IMG/VR virus record: IMGVR_UViG_3300035670_013228
Coordinates: 64,001-128,000 of that record
Direction: 5' to 3' (one strand)
Length of the DNA: 64,000 bases
Source of the DNA: a virus
The number at the start of each line of letters is the position of its first letter. Positions within the stretch are counted from its first letter, which is position 1. The position numbers were made by a program, and so were the translations under genes. Positions 31,001 to 39,950 of the stretch are shown one piece after another. A model generated the notes under the pieces. That model ran no database searches. It saw only the letters and a list, made by a program, of their open reading frames with translations, and was not told where the DNA came from.

Positions 31001-34000
31001 CCTGATGGACCTAAACTTTACGAAAGAGATCAGAATATAGTTGGAATTGGTATGAAAGGCGCATATCATCCTAATTTTGGTATAACTTACGAAAGTAACC
31101 CATCGTTTGCTGGTCCAGTTATAGACGAAGACGGAAGAATACAATACGACACTAATCTTAATGGTGGTTTACAAGGAGATGGAGAAAAAACATATATATT
31201 TGATTTATATAACGATACAGCAACTATATTGGAACAAATTAGTAATTTCGATATTCATAGAAAACCTAGATTATTACTTATTCGAGGATTATCGGGCGTC
31301 GGACCGAACACCGGCAAGAGGTACTATAATATGGAACCCTTTTATAGTAATAGGGGTGGATATAGATTAAATAATATTGATTATATAGGATCTCCTAAGT
31401 TTTTTCTTTACGGGGATCCGTCGATCACACACCAACCTGATCCTTACATTATACAAGAACGAAGTGGTGATGCTTTAACAAGTTATTTGAACTTTATTAA
31501 TGATCTAAATAGACAAGCCAATGCTCCCATACTAGTGCCAGCAAGACCAAAAACAAATCTGTCTTTAGACTATATTTTACAGACTCAACCAGGTTTGGAA
31601 CAATGCGAAAATTCCGACTTACCGGTTGGTGGTGTTGATGGATTTCCTATAAATATTGCTAATTTATGGGGACAAAATATTAAAAATTGGCCAGACAAGA
31701 ATAGATTTTGGAATCCTATTTTTACTTCTGATCCTAGAGTAGTTAGATTTTATGGGTCTAGACCATACTTTAGGATTCCAGAAAAACGAACAGTAGAAGA
31801 CCTTTCTGATACTATCGATTCGTTAGATGACTTTATGTCGCAAACAGACATTTTGCCAGAATTAGTATCTAATACTATTTTATTATTCAAAAGTGGTTAT
31901 TATTTTTATGCTGGACCCACACGAACAGTTGCTACTAGCTATATTTTTGTTGGTAGAGATATCAGCATATTAACTAATTATAGTAATTTAAATATAGATT
32001 ATAAAAATTTTTCTTCTACAGGTTATGTTTATAACACAGAAACAGAATGCGATACTGCTGTAGAGTTATATAGAGTATCATCTTTATCTGGTCCGTTTTT
32101 AATGCCAACCGACGATAATGGTAATAGACTGCTCAGAGTTGTAGGTTCTAATGTTATAGTCGGTAAAAAAATTGTTGTACAAATCACCAACAAAGAAGGA
32201 CAACCAATTTTAGGAGGATCAGGATCAGAAGATAATACATATATTAAAATTTATACAGAATTTAGATTTAGAGACAAGATATTAGATACTGATTTTGATT
32301 TGGTGTGGCCAACCGAACCGAATAGATCATCCGTAGTAGTTTACGACGGTAGAATGATATCAACAGATAAAGATATTTTATTGTCTAATAAAAAATATAT
32401 GACAAAATGGGGAGATTTAATAAAATATGATAATGAGCTATTTAATAATCCTCATTTGTTTTCTTACGCACAAATACCTACGAGCATATATAATAATCTA
32501 TTTTTAAAACAAATTGTTAATGATAATTTATCTAGTGGTATTTTTAAATTAGATATTAATAGAGACAACACTAATGAATTAGATAGAATAGAGTGTTTAG
32601 GAAACATATCTTTACCGTTAGACTTACGATATTATACATCAGAAAACAAACCATACTATTGTATATATCAAAAATATGATTTGGATCATACCAAACCATG
32701 GAATATAGGACTAGACCAGTATCAAAATTATATTCCTATGATGGAAGTTAATTTTTCAGAAAAAATACCCGATGCTATGATTAGCGGTACGATACTATCT
32801 TCTGCGTTATATAGAAAAAACACAGTATTAGATTTTGCACCATTTTATCATATACCAGCTTTGGGCACAGAAGATGATTTTCTATTTAATGCTATTAATA
32901 ATGAAGAAGAAAGATTAAGAAGATCAAAAAGAATAAGTGAAATAGAAAAAATTAAAAGAGAACAAATATCTGATAATGCATATAGTCTTCGTAATGATTA
33001 TCGCCCCCCACAACATAATGTTTTTTTTATTAAGATACCGAATATTTTTAAAAGTACTATTGGTTTTTCTAATCCCAGAGGAGATTGGATAGAAACTTTG
33101 AAAGTTCAAACGCCAAGATATGTTTTAGCCAAAACTATATTAGAAGATAATCAAGTATCGCGAGATGATGTTAGACAAATATTTAGACCTATTAATCTTA
33201 ATATTATAGATAATCAAGCATTAATTAATAATAGCATGAATACTGATGCTTTTATTTTCGGTTCGGTAGAACGAGACACTCCTTTTATTTCTAGAACGAT
33301 ATATGCCGATATAGACAAACCAATGGATAATACTGTTGGCTGTGGATCAGAAAAATGCGAAATAACAACTGCTGGCGATATTAATTTAAGAGCTAACTAT
33401 ACTACATTTTTAAGTAGATATGCTACATATGAACAGTTACTACGCGGTACAAATTTTGAGCTCACATATGATGCTGGAACAGTTAATCTTGTTGGTTTGC
33501 GTCGTAATATGTCTAAAAAAATAGTTAGAACAATGTTGGATCCAGATAATCCTATTTTTTATGATAATACTTGTTTAACTACTACTCCAAAACCTAAAAT
33601 GCCATTTTATAGATTGCTTAATGATATAGACGCACAAGACTATTTGAATAACCAATATGCAGATAATGGAAATAGTATATCTCCAGAATTAGACATTTTA
33701 GATGATAATGCTAATGAAATGCTTTTTAGATTACTAAATGGTGAAAATCAAAAAATCAACAGAAAACAATTATTTAAGAAAAATTATATACTAACACAAA
33801 ATGAATTAATAAATTTTGTAGAACCAGAAATTACAGCTAAAGAAATTTATAATCAAATTTTATATAACTATGATAGTAGAATTAATCCAGGAGCTAATAT
33901 TAGTGGTTCATTAAATATTAATGGTACAAAAAATATTGGTGATTTTATTAGTATAGATATTTATAATGTAAATATACAGCTAAGTATTGTACAAGTTGAC

Positions 34001-36244
34001 GGAAACAATGTTGTATTAGTGGGTAATATTGGTAATAATAATGTTAATGAGCTTTTATATAGAAGAACAGAAACGCAAAATAGTTTGATAGTGGTTGAAT
34101 ATTCAACTTCGACATCTTCTGCGGCAGCAGCGGCGATATCGGCGGGATATCGTCCGGGAACAGGATCTGACGGAATTTTGGTACCACCCGACACAGAACC
34201 AAATATTATTCCTGCTGATCCGGAACCAACCGACGATAGCGAAAGTATAACACTAATAGCTACTCGTACTACTACTGATACTAGTATTGGTGTTTACGTT
34301 GATATAAGCATAAAAGAGGGATCTTGTGATCCGTGGAGAGAACCATTCGTAAGACCACCAGATTGTCCGGAACAAGGGGGATCCGAGATTGATCCAGTCA
34401 CTAATCTTCCTATTGGTGGACCCGTAGAAGAACCACCAGGATGTAAAGATCCTTGTCCATATGCTGGTGGAGCCGGGCTCGTAGATGGTCCAACAATGAT
34501 GACAGATATCCGAAGATGGAGAGGTTCAATAGAGTATGCTCCAACAACATGTGGGAAATCTAATTGGTACGATCCTTTTAAATATGGTTATTGTAGACAC
34601 ATAGATACTGAGGCTATTAAAAATAATCCAGAATTTAAACCAAAATGTGCAAATTGTAATTCATATTTTACTAATTATATTGATAATTACGATGGAATAG
34701 AAGGAGGTCCAGAATTTGATTATGAATTTCAAAAATGTTCTACCACATTTAGACTCAAAGGACACTTGTATAGACTTAAATTCACACCACAAAATGAAAG
34801 ACCATCATTTAGATGTAATCCGGAACTTTATAGTCCTTTCCTCCCAGCAAAAAATAATGCATGTACTGCAATTTTAGGAAATGTAGTAGGATGTTGGGCG
34901 GGTTGTACTCCTGGGCCAAAAAGTCCGAACTTTTGGCATCTGTCTAGAGTAGCAGATTGCTACAGCGATCCTTATGCACCATATTTTCTTTGTATTCCAA
35001 CTTTCGGAGATCCTTATCAATGTACTAAAGTATCAACAAGTAGCACAACCACAACAACTAGAAAAGTTTTCAAAAAAACCAAACAGATTGATTATGGTCC
35101 ATATACTCCACCAAGCTGTGCCGTTCCTTTTGTAAATATCTCATATACCAAAAATAAAGTAACTGTAAGCATACCATCTATCGGCAAAACTTACTGTTTA
35201 GCGATTAATTCTAATAGTAATTGTCCAATTATTAATATTGATATGCCCAAAAAATATACTGTAACAGAAAATATTACTAGTGAGTGTGTGAGCAATTGTG
35301 GAGATCCTGTTTCTATAGAAATTCAAGAAGAAAATAACGATTTTGATTTTGCTTATCAGGATTATACTGTGGTATGCGAACTAGGTCGTATATCTTATGG
35401 CGATTTACAGGGAGATGCTGTTGTAACAAATGGTTACAGGTGGCCCGATGGTTCATCAAGCGTACCACCGGGCGAATTTCCTCCGTGCGGAGATAGGGCC
35501 GGATGGATAATCTCGCTGTGCGGAGGAGGGCCGTTATGGTATAATTGTGGACCATTCTCCGAAAGAAATCTAACTTATGGAGGATGGACAGCTAGCGATA
35601 TGGCTGCTGGATGGAGACAAAAAATGGAAAATATATATAATAATGCTCAATTACCATGCAAGGTTAGTCCCGCAATACCAACAGAAGATATAATAGAAGG
35701 CATTATTCCTGGTTCATGCTCTTTAAATTTTCAAGATATTAGTCTTGAACAACCAAAATATAAAGATGTTAGTTATGATGAATTTGCTTCATCTTCATGG
35801 ACTGTAACTACATCTATTGCCTATATTACATATACCTATAGAAAAGCTAAAACTATACAAGATCATTTAATATCTGGAACTAATAATGGAAATATTAATA
35901 ATAGTATTGTAATAGAATATGAGAAAAATTCTTATATACCTTACGTGAGAACAGTAAACGGTATTGGCTCTTGTAAAGAGTTAGGTTTCCCACCGAGATT
36001 TCTAGCAGACACAGATTCGATTACAGGCGCATTATATAATACCTTTAAATTAACTTCACCGATTTATAGAAGAACATCTTGCGATACTGCTCCTACTTGT
36101 TATTATGATACTAAACTAGACGATAAACAAAGTCCTTGCAATTATGGAGATTGGATATGTTGGTCAACCGTCGGTTCTGCTAATAGAGCCTCGTTTTTAA
36201 ATAGAATATTCAAAGATCCTACAGGAAATAATAGGTGGGTATAA
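28052..36244 (+). CDS. Giant Cys-rich hypothetical virion protein (2,730 aa)
   Basis: Uninterrupted ORF with Cys clusters at the N-terminus and about 32 Cys in the last ~640 aa; an acidic/Pro linker at ~34100-34450. Confidence 0.7.
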   Translation: MGCGIYTKSFIDDININTASINIDALRLITSFQLYSDNISGLWQPIVIEESQSSAIYCEPLIQVKKDFNNALNPCNCSNNQIRDLTNNYYDIYNETDFNCNYCCNPCTGILDNDPEDPENEPLTTSCDVQFHSDDFLAKVPVLNQSYISGFYDWKHLKQFPACNNPGLGIEQFISFSGFAIDWKLKETISEIPYDSTTSYHINEYTHNKSYEKSELLSSTCGNFILLSLDPEYNNYRVQYSGMFGALGTSAIIPTVESFTKPYGFSENNYKNIFLNRQKRASHWKWQYTSGIMGWYRYFDIGRVNDQRPIPGVDFYISPGDVFFAKNEGPEPANTNFDFDEPPGPSHPSEGELPKCPSGLKVVDGTTFLGIIPPSSNFIYISQNLYERFYNLYSTYTEIGLNHNKAFNLSALMCTSPLYDGITTNLLDKEARNLYSEFNDFEQIDLLNKNMLRGTKYDSANNLNYISNREELVKTLYAKYGGYEWIPPRSTVIKNLPIDNRSNSVYIDLDFDMVMDIDKVKFRNINSKPYRVCESSPMDDERISKKFYYDQHLEFGNLNVKTSVDTNLRFSNPCDPENSSYSIYGNIVYNDVVLKSKPIFSGVTSFTNKYTNNTFNRSYKAIAFNPHLDLLATHPNGGIYFNAGSFGENETVVFNTNITSARSNGISITFTTKDVGIKLYKVYAAKLQSDTPGTESCLRFPADESKCKCYGLNISHYNNHPISCDTSRIRLSSSPFFVPGLSTKYSPRLKRYGGYSIEEVIRLFGIGALYADGTPQENSQFLPIIDKKLDPEYPYECEQSATIKLTNYSTTNYYTTLKNFSTRYSDIYISIYEPSDLLGQQWIYVQTDGDQDVFVENTSWKRFLNKVTANNVTVYDQQEKILFQKGSNITDPLLISITNPFINALLGNSNERLSIPTVITDSITNQVLAFSDPCDPFRGYIPPETTIRTGRNRGDEISETYITIKQKPRKQFLAYRVYNIPASPDGPKLYERDQNIVGIGMKGAYHPNFGITYESNPSFAGPVIDEDGRIQYDTNLNGGLQGDGEKTYIFDLYNDTATILEQISNFDIHRKPRLLLIRGLSGVGPNTGKRYYNMEPFYSNRGGYRLNNIDYIGSPKFFLYGDPSITHQPDPYIIQERSGDALTSYLNFINDLNRQANAPILVPARPKTNLSLDYILQTQPGLEQCENSDLPVGGVDGFPINIANLWGQNIKNWPDKNRFWNPIFTSDPRVVRFYGSRPYFRIPEKRTVEDLSDTIDSLDDFMSQTDILPELVSNTILLFKSGYYFYAGPTRTVATSYIFVGRDISILTNYSNLNIDYKNFSSTGYVYNTETECDTAVELYRVSSLSGPFLMPTDDNGNRLLRVVGSNVIVGKKIVVQITNKEGQPILGGSGSEDNTYIKIYTEFRFRDKILDTDFDLVWPTEPNRSSVVVYDGRMISTDKDILLSNKKYMTKWGDLIKYDNELFNNPHLFSYAQIPTSIYNNLFLKQIVNDNLSSGIFKLDINRDNTNELDRIECLGNISLPLDLRYYTSENKPYYCIYQKYDLDHTKPWNIGLDQYQNYIPMMEVNFSEKIPDAMISGTILSSALYRKNTVLDFAPFYHIPALGTEDDFLFNAINNEEERLRRSKRISEIEKIKREQISDNAYSLRNDYRPPQHNVFFIKIPNIFKSTIGFSNPRGDWIETLKVQTPRYVLAKTILEDNQVSRDDVRQIFRPINLNIIDNQALINNSMNTDAFIFGSVERDTPFISRTIYADIDKPMDNTVGCGSEKCEITTAGDINLRANYTTFLSRYATYEQLLRGTNFELTYDAGTVNLVGLRRNMSKKIVRTMLDPDNPIFYDNTCLTTTPKPKMPFYRLLNDIDAQDYLNNQYADNGNSISPELDILDDNANEMLFRLLNGENQKINRKQLFKKNYILTQNELINFVEPEITAKEIYNQILYNYDSRINPGANISGSLNINGTKNIGDFISIDIYNVNIQLSIVQVDGNNVVLVGNIGNNNVNELLYRRTETQNSLIVVEYSTSTSSAAAAAISAGYRPGTGSDGILVPPDTEPNIIPADPEPTDDSESITLIATRTTTDTSIGVYVDISIKEGSCDPWREPFVRPPDCPEQGGSEIDPVTNLPIGGPVEEPPGCKDPCPYAGGAGLVDGPTMMTDIRRWRGSIEYAPTTCGKSNWYDPFKYGYCRHIDTEAIKNNPEFKPKCANCNSYFTNYIDNYDGIEGGPEFDYEFQKCSTTFRLKGHLYRLKFTPQNERPSFRCNPELYSPFLPAKNNACTAILGNVVGCWAGCTPGPKSPNFWHLSRVADCYSDPYAPYFLCIPTFGDPYQCTKVSTSSTTTTTRKVFKKTKQIDYGPYTPPSCAVPFVNISYTKNKVTVSIPSIGKTYCLAINSNSNCPIINIDMPKKYTVTENITSECVSNCGDPVSIEIQEENNDFDFAYQDYTVVCELGRISYGDLQGDAVVTNGYRWPDGSSSVPPGEFPPCGDRAGWIISLCGGGPLWYNCGPFSERNLTYGGWTASDMAAGWRQKMENIYNNAQLPCKVSPAIPTEDIIEGIIPGSCSLNFQDISLEQPKYKDVSYDEFASSSWTVTTSIAYITYTYRKAKTIQDHLISGTNNGNINNSIVIEYEKNSYIPYVRTVNGIGSCKELGFPPRFLADTDSITGALYNTFKLTSPIYRRTSCDTAPTCYYDTKLDDKQSPCNYGDWICWSTVGSANRASFLNRIFKDPTGNNRWV

Positions 36245-36246
36245 TT

Positions 36247-36711
36247 ATGTTTTGTGAATTTGAAGATACAAAAAAAATCTATAATAATAAAAAAATCTAT
36301 AAATGTAAAAATTGCAAATTGGAAGTTGCTTTAGAAAATCCACAAACCAAAATTATTTGTTTTCATTTTACCAGGCAAGATATAGATGCTTCTTTATTAG
36401 CGGCTGATTTTCAACCATCAGTAAATTATGGTCATATAGATGATCCAACATCTTTTATAAGACAGCAGGCAGAAAATCATCTAGTAAAAATGGGCAAAGA
36501 TCCTGCTACTCCAACGTATGATCCAAAAGATTTATTATGTTCAGAGGACCAGATCAAAGACAGAATGAATATTTGTAAAACATGCGAATATTTTCAAAAT
36601 AATTCGTGTAATTTATGTGGTTGTTCTATTACTAGAGATAAAAACTATCATAATAAACTAGCTAATAAACAAGCTAGTTGTCCAGCTAAAAAATGGGGAC
36701 CTATTAGTTAG
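36247..36711 (+). CDS. Small Cys-rich protein, DUF6171-like C-terminus
   Basis: The R..IC..CEYF....C.LCGC....K......SCPAKKW motif plus an N-terminal CKNCK. The start is more likely ATG36247 than the track's 36235. Confidence 0.6.
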   Translation: MFCEFEDTKKIYNNKKIYKCKNCKLEVALENPQTKIICFHFTRQDIDASLLAADFQPSVNYGHIDDPTSFIRQQAENHLVKMGKDPATPTYDPKDLLCSEDQIKDRMNICKTCEYFQNNSCNLCGCSITRDKNYHNKLANKQASCPAKKWGPIS

Positions 36712-37696
36712 TAAAAGTTTCTATAACTTGAATATCTTGTCCCAAAACAACAACTGAATTTCTAGTATATACACCCTTTAGAGTTTTGATACGCACAGTC
36801 ACAGGAACTCTAGTATTGCTCGTCCAACTTCTAAAGAAATGCACACCCACAACAAATCTTCCGTGCGGAGAGCTGTTGTAGGGCCAAAAAACATTTTCTA
36901 TAGGATTATTATTTCTAGGTCCTCCAGCATTCATATCAATATCCAAAATCGCTCCGGATACACCGGCTCTTTTTCTCCAAAAAATAATCTCATTAATTCC
37001 GGATCCAATATATTGAACATGTAAGTCTATATCATCGGGAGTAGACCATGATAAAGATATTTGAACATCTCCTGTTCCGGCCCCATACATTTGTATTTTT
37101 TCTTCTATAGAATTTGTAGCATTAGGAGCACCTGTAGAGACGCTAGGAGTAATGGTTCGTTTAGGAATACCTTTGCCAATGGAAGTTCCTTTAGACACAA
37201 GTTGTTTTAAGGTATTGTCGGCACTCGTTTGACTTGTTGAATTCTCGCTTTTAACTTTTACAGGAGATTCTACATCATCAAACATTCTGTCGATATTAGG
37301 CTTGTGATTTACCATCGATTCCAATAGGGTAGATTCCTCCATCGAAACAATATCCGAGGTGTCAGATGATTCCGGTATTGATTCTTCCTCGAATACCGGA
37401 TTGATACTGGACTCTGGTTCCGTAATCAGTTCGGTATTATTGGTGTCTGTAACAAAATGCGATGTTGTTACTTCTAGTTCCAAGTTTACTGTATTGGTAT
37501 TGTCGTACTCAACCACCTCAGACAATGAAGATAGTTCAATAACTATAGGAGGCTTTTGTTTTTCTGCAACTATAAACACAAATGACAGTGTTAATAATAC
37601 AACGCAATGTATTATTAAGCTTTGCCAAAAACCATGTTCATAACCATAAAATACAATATTATCAATTATTCTTGTTCTTTTTTCCATTTGTGCCAA
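36704..37696 (-). CDS. Membrane-anchored YfaP/DUF2135-like protein
   Basis: N-terminal hydrophobic helix (SLIIHCVVLLTLSFVFIV), acidic linker, and a C-terminal GDVQISLSW.TPDDIDLHV..LDIDMN.GG....IENVFWP..G.F.VGVHFF domain. Confidence 0.7.
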   Translation of the reverse strand: MAQMEKRTRIIDNIVFYGYEHGFWQSLIIHCVVLLTLSFVFIVAEKQKPPIVIELSSLSEVVEYDNTNTVNLELEVTTSHFVTDTNNTELITEPESSINPVFEEESIPESSDTSDIVSMEESTLLESMVNHKPNIDRMFDDVESPVKVKSENSTSQTSADNTLKQLVSKGTSIGKGIPKRTITPSVSTGAPNATNSIEEKIQMYGAGTGDVQISLSWSTPDDIDLHVQYIGSGINEIIFWRKRAGVSGAILDIDMNAGGPRNNNPIENVFWPYNSSPHGRFVVGVHFFRSWTSNTRVPVTVRIKTLKGVYTRNSVVVLGQDIQVIETFTN

Positions 37697-37989
37697 CCGT
37701 TATTTGGTAACCAATTGCCTTCATCATCTTTTCTTTTAGGAAATAATGTGCCGCCTTTTTTATGTTGACCGAAAGCTAAAATAGCTCCGCAATCCATACA
37801 TCTCAATTCATAATAATCATTACCCTCTACATTTCGTACAATAAATCTGAGATTAGTACTTCCGCACAACCCACATTTTGTTTCTCCAAAAATTTCCTGT
37901 ATAAGAGCTATCTCCTTAAAAACTTCCTTTTGACCACTACCCTCTAATTCAAACTGCAATTTATCATTAGCCTTATATAGTACTTTCAT
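37666..37989 (-). CDS. Zinc-ribbon hypothetical protein
   Basis: CGLCG and CMDCG pairs in 107 aa. Confidence 0.65.
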   Translation of the reverse strand: MKVLYKANDKLQFELEGSGQKEVFKEIALIQEIFGETKCGLCGSTNLRFIVRNVEGNDYYELRCMDCGAILAFGQHKKGGTLFPKRKDDEGNWLPNNGWHKWKKEQE

Positions 37990-37992
37990 ATA

Positions 37993-38709
37993 TCACTTCC
38001 ATTCTGTTTCGTAGCCTTTAATGTTTTCTGAAATCGAAGCAGCATTCTGTTGTAGACTATTCAGATTTTGTATTATAGAAACCGCCTCGTGGTGTTTTAT
38101 ATTATATACAGAATCGCAGGATATGTCAAGATGCTTCAATAGTTTTACGACATTAACGTTTAGTCTTTGTGCTAGTACATCTATAAAATTGATTTGATTA
38201 ACGCTAATTTTAGACACACTATCTCCATTCGGATCATCTTCGATATTTGATGATATTTCTTCTGCCGCTACTACTTTGCGTAATTTTAATGCTCTTCTTA
38301 AGGCTCTTCCTTCTGCTCTTGTTTCGGCCACGGCCACGGGATGATTACGATATACTTTGTCGCAATTGCCCCAATAAACGTCCGCAGAGCCATCCACAGT
38401 CTGAATATTAATTCCGTCTGGGTCTGGAGTACCCGGATTTAAACGATACGTCAACGAATGAATAACCGTTGCTCTTTTTTCATTGTCCGGGCTGGGAGAC
38501 TGAGCCACAGACGATGTTGACGACATTAATCTACAATTTAGAGCAATCTCAAAAATACGACGCAATCCATCTGTAGTGGGATTACCTGAAATTTTTTCGT
38601 CATCAGATAACAATCCTAATACATAATCTGTCCATCCCAAATCTGTTGGTTTTAGTGTGATTTCTTTACTATCTTTCGTGTCTTTAGTTTCTTTGGTTTC
38701 CTTTACCAT
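37993..38709 (-). CDS. Rad52/Sak-like single-strand annealing protein
   Basis: The G.ADV...AVAETRAEGRALRRAL....AAEE motif and a C-terminal S.NQ..FI..L...EAVSIIQ.L helical domain seen in phage SSAPs. Confidence 0.6.
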   Translation of the reverse strand: MVKETKETKDTKDSKEITLKPTDLGWTDYVLGLLSDDEKISGNPTTDGLRRIFEIALNCRLMSSTSSVAQSPSPDNEKRATVIHSLTYRLNPGTPDPDGINIQTVDGSADVYWGNCDKVYRNHPVAVAETRAEGRALRRALKLRKVVAAEEISSNIEDDPNGDSVSKISVNQINFIDVLAQRLNVNVVKLLKHLDISCDSVYNIKHHEAVSIIQNLNSLQQNAASISENIKGYETEWK

Positions 38710-38710
38710 T

Positions 38711-39502
38711 TTAGTCCTCTATTTCTATAATTTTGGTATTGTCAAATGCCTTTTGGTCATTAAGTACTGATATTAAAAGATCATATAATTTATCTGCTCG
38801 ACTTTTGGAAAAGTCTTTCAGTTGTTTGATTCGTATCAATTTCAAGCCTTTGCCCAAGATGAGTCCTGATTTTTTATTATCATATTTTTGATTTCTTTTT
38901 AGGGTGTCGTCCCCCCATACTGGTAAAAAATGAGAAGGTCCATCTATTTCTATAGCAATGTTCATTGTTGGTAAGAACAGATCTATTTGCAATTTTGTTG
39001 TTAATAACATTTGTTCTTTGTGAAAATCTACTTTGAATCCATCAGCTAATAATCTATCTAGTAAATATAGTTCTAATTTAGATCCTGTTTTACTACTATC
39101 TCTAACAGCTTTATTCGCCAAATTCAGACGATATTGTTTTTCGTCATCTGTTAAATTGTCCCAAAGTTCTTTGGCGGTTTGTTTTCTTTTTTGTATTTCT
39201 TGAGCACTTAATCCTTCCCAAGATTTCATCACAGATAATCCTATTTTACTTTTTGTGTCGTCTGATCTAGATGTTCCTTTTGTGGGATGTTTATGAGCAC
39301 CTGTTTTTATAGCATTGGATTGTGCTTCGCTCTTGTTCCTGATCGGAATTTTATATTTTATAGCATCTCTTCTAATTTTATTCGAATATGTGTGGAGTAA
39401 TTCAGCAATATCAGAGAAGCTTTTTTTCTCTTTTACATATAAAGTATTTAAGATTTGTTTTTTATCTATATCAGAATAGTTCTCATAATTTTTGTATAAC
39501 AT
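38711..39502 (-). CDS. Putative homing endonuclease: HTH + NUMOD3-like + Vsr/DUF559-like nuclease domain
   Basis: HPTKGTSRSDDTKSKIG (NUMOD3-like) and SKLE..L...IDLFLP..NIAIEIDGPSHF...D.KK catalytic motifs. Confidence 0.75.
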   Translation of the reverse strand: MLYKNYENYSDIDKKQILNTLYVKEKKSFSDIAELLHTYSNKIRRDAIKYKIPIRNKSEAQSNAIKTGAHKHPTKGTSRSDDTKSKIGLSVMKSWEGLSAQEIQKRKQTAKELWDNLTDDEKQYRLNLANKAVRDSSKTGSKLELYLLDRLLADGFKVDFHKEQMLLTTKLQIDLFLPTMNIAIEIDGPSHFLPVWGDDTLKRNQKYDNKKSGLILGKGLKLIRIKQLKDFSKSRADKLYDLLISVLNDQKAFDNTKIIEIED

Positions 39503-39950
39503 TATGCATATCCGTTGGGTTGTATTCGTCTATAATAGCTATTGGTGTTTTCCAACATATGTTATATTCCGCATATAATTTTGGATTAGAAACTATTAAC
39601 TCAAAGTCTTTATTCATAAATATGTCTTTCCAAAATACATAAGGAGCTTTTGTATTAGTAGACCAATCATTTGAGGTTAGATATAATACTTGTTTTTTAG
39701 GACACGGAAAAGTTCTTGTTAATAAAGCACTTTTAATATCGAATACAAATAGTATACCATCAAAATATTTGGCCTGATTGATATGTAATATGTAGTATTT
39801 ATGATCTAAGTCAACATTATTATATTTACTATTGAACAATACTATATTATCATAGGGTCTTAGTTTGCACAGACTATTAATGGATTCTAAAATTTTTGCA
39901 TGTTGTTGATTTTTAGAATTGATATCCAGTAGGTAGAATCCTATATTCAT
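39483..39950 (-). CDS. Hypothetical protein resembling a GT-B N-terminal Rossmann domain
   Basis: Starts MNIGFYL with beta/alpha alternation; lies in the glycosyltransferase cluster; no catalytic motif. Confidence 0.4.
   Translation of the reverse strand: MNIGFYLLDINSKNQQHAKILESINSLCKLRPYDNIVLFNSKYNNVDLDHKYYILHINQAKYFDGILFVFDIKSALLTRTFPCPKKQVLYLTSNDWSTNTKAPYVFWKDIFMNKDFELIVSNPKLYAEYNICWKTPIAIIDEYNPTDMHNVIQKL

Noticed and set aside
542-35555. Many 60-150 aa minus-strand or alternate-frame ORFs under the structural genes
   Set aside because: Shadow ORFs fully nested in long, motif-bearing CDSs, with no recognisable motifs or RBS.
38663-38709. 9-nt KET/KDT microrepeat at the SSAP N-terminus as a contingency locus
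   Set aside because: Imperfect in-frame low-complexity tail; no frameshifting potential evident.
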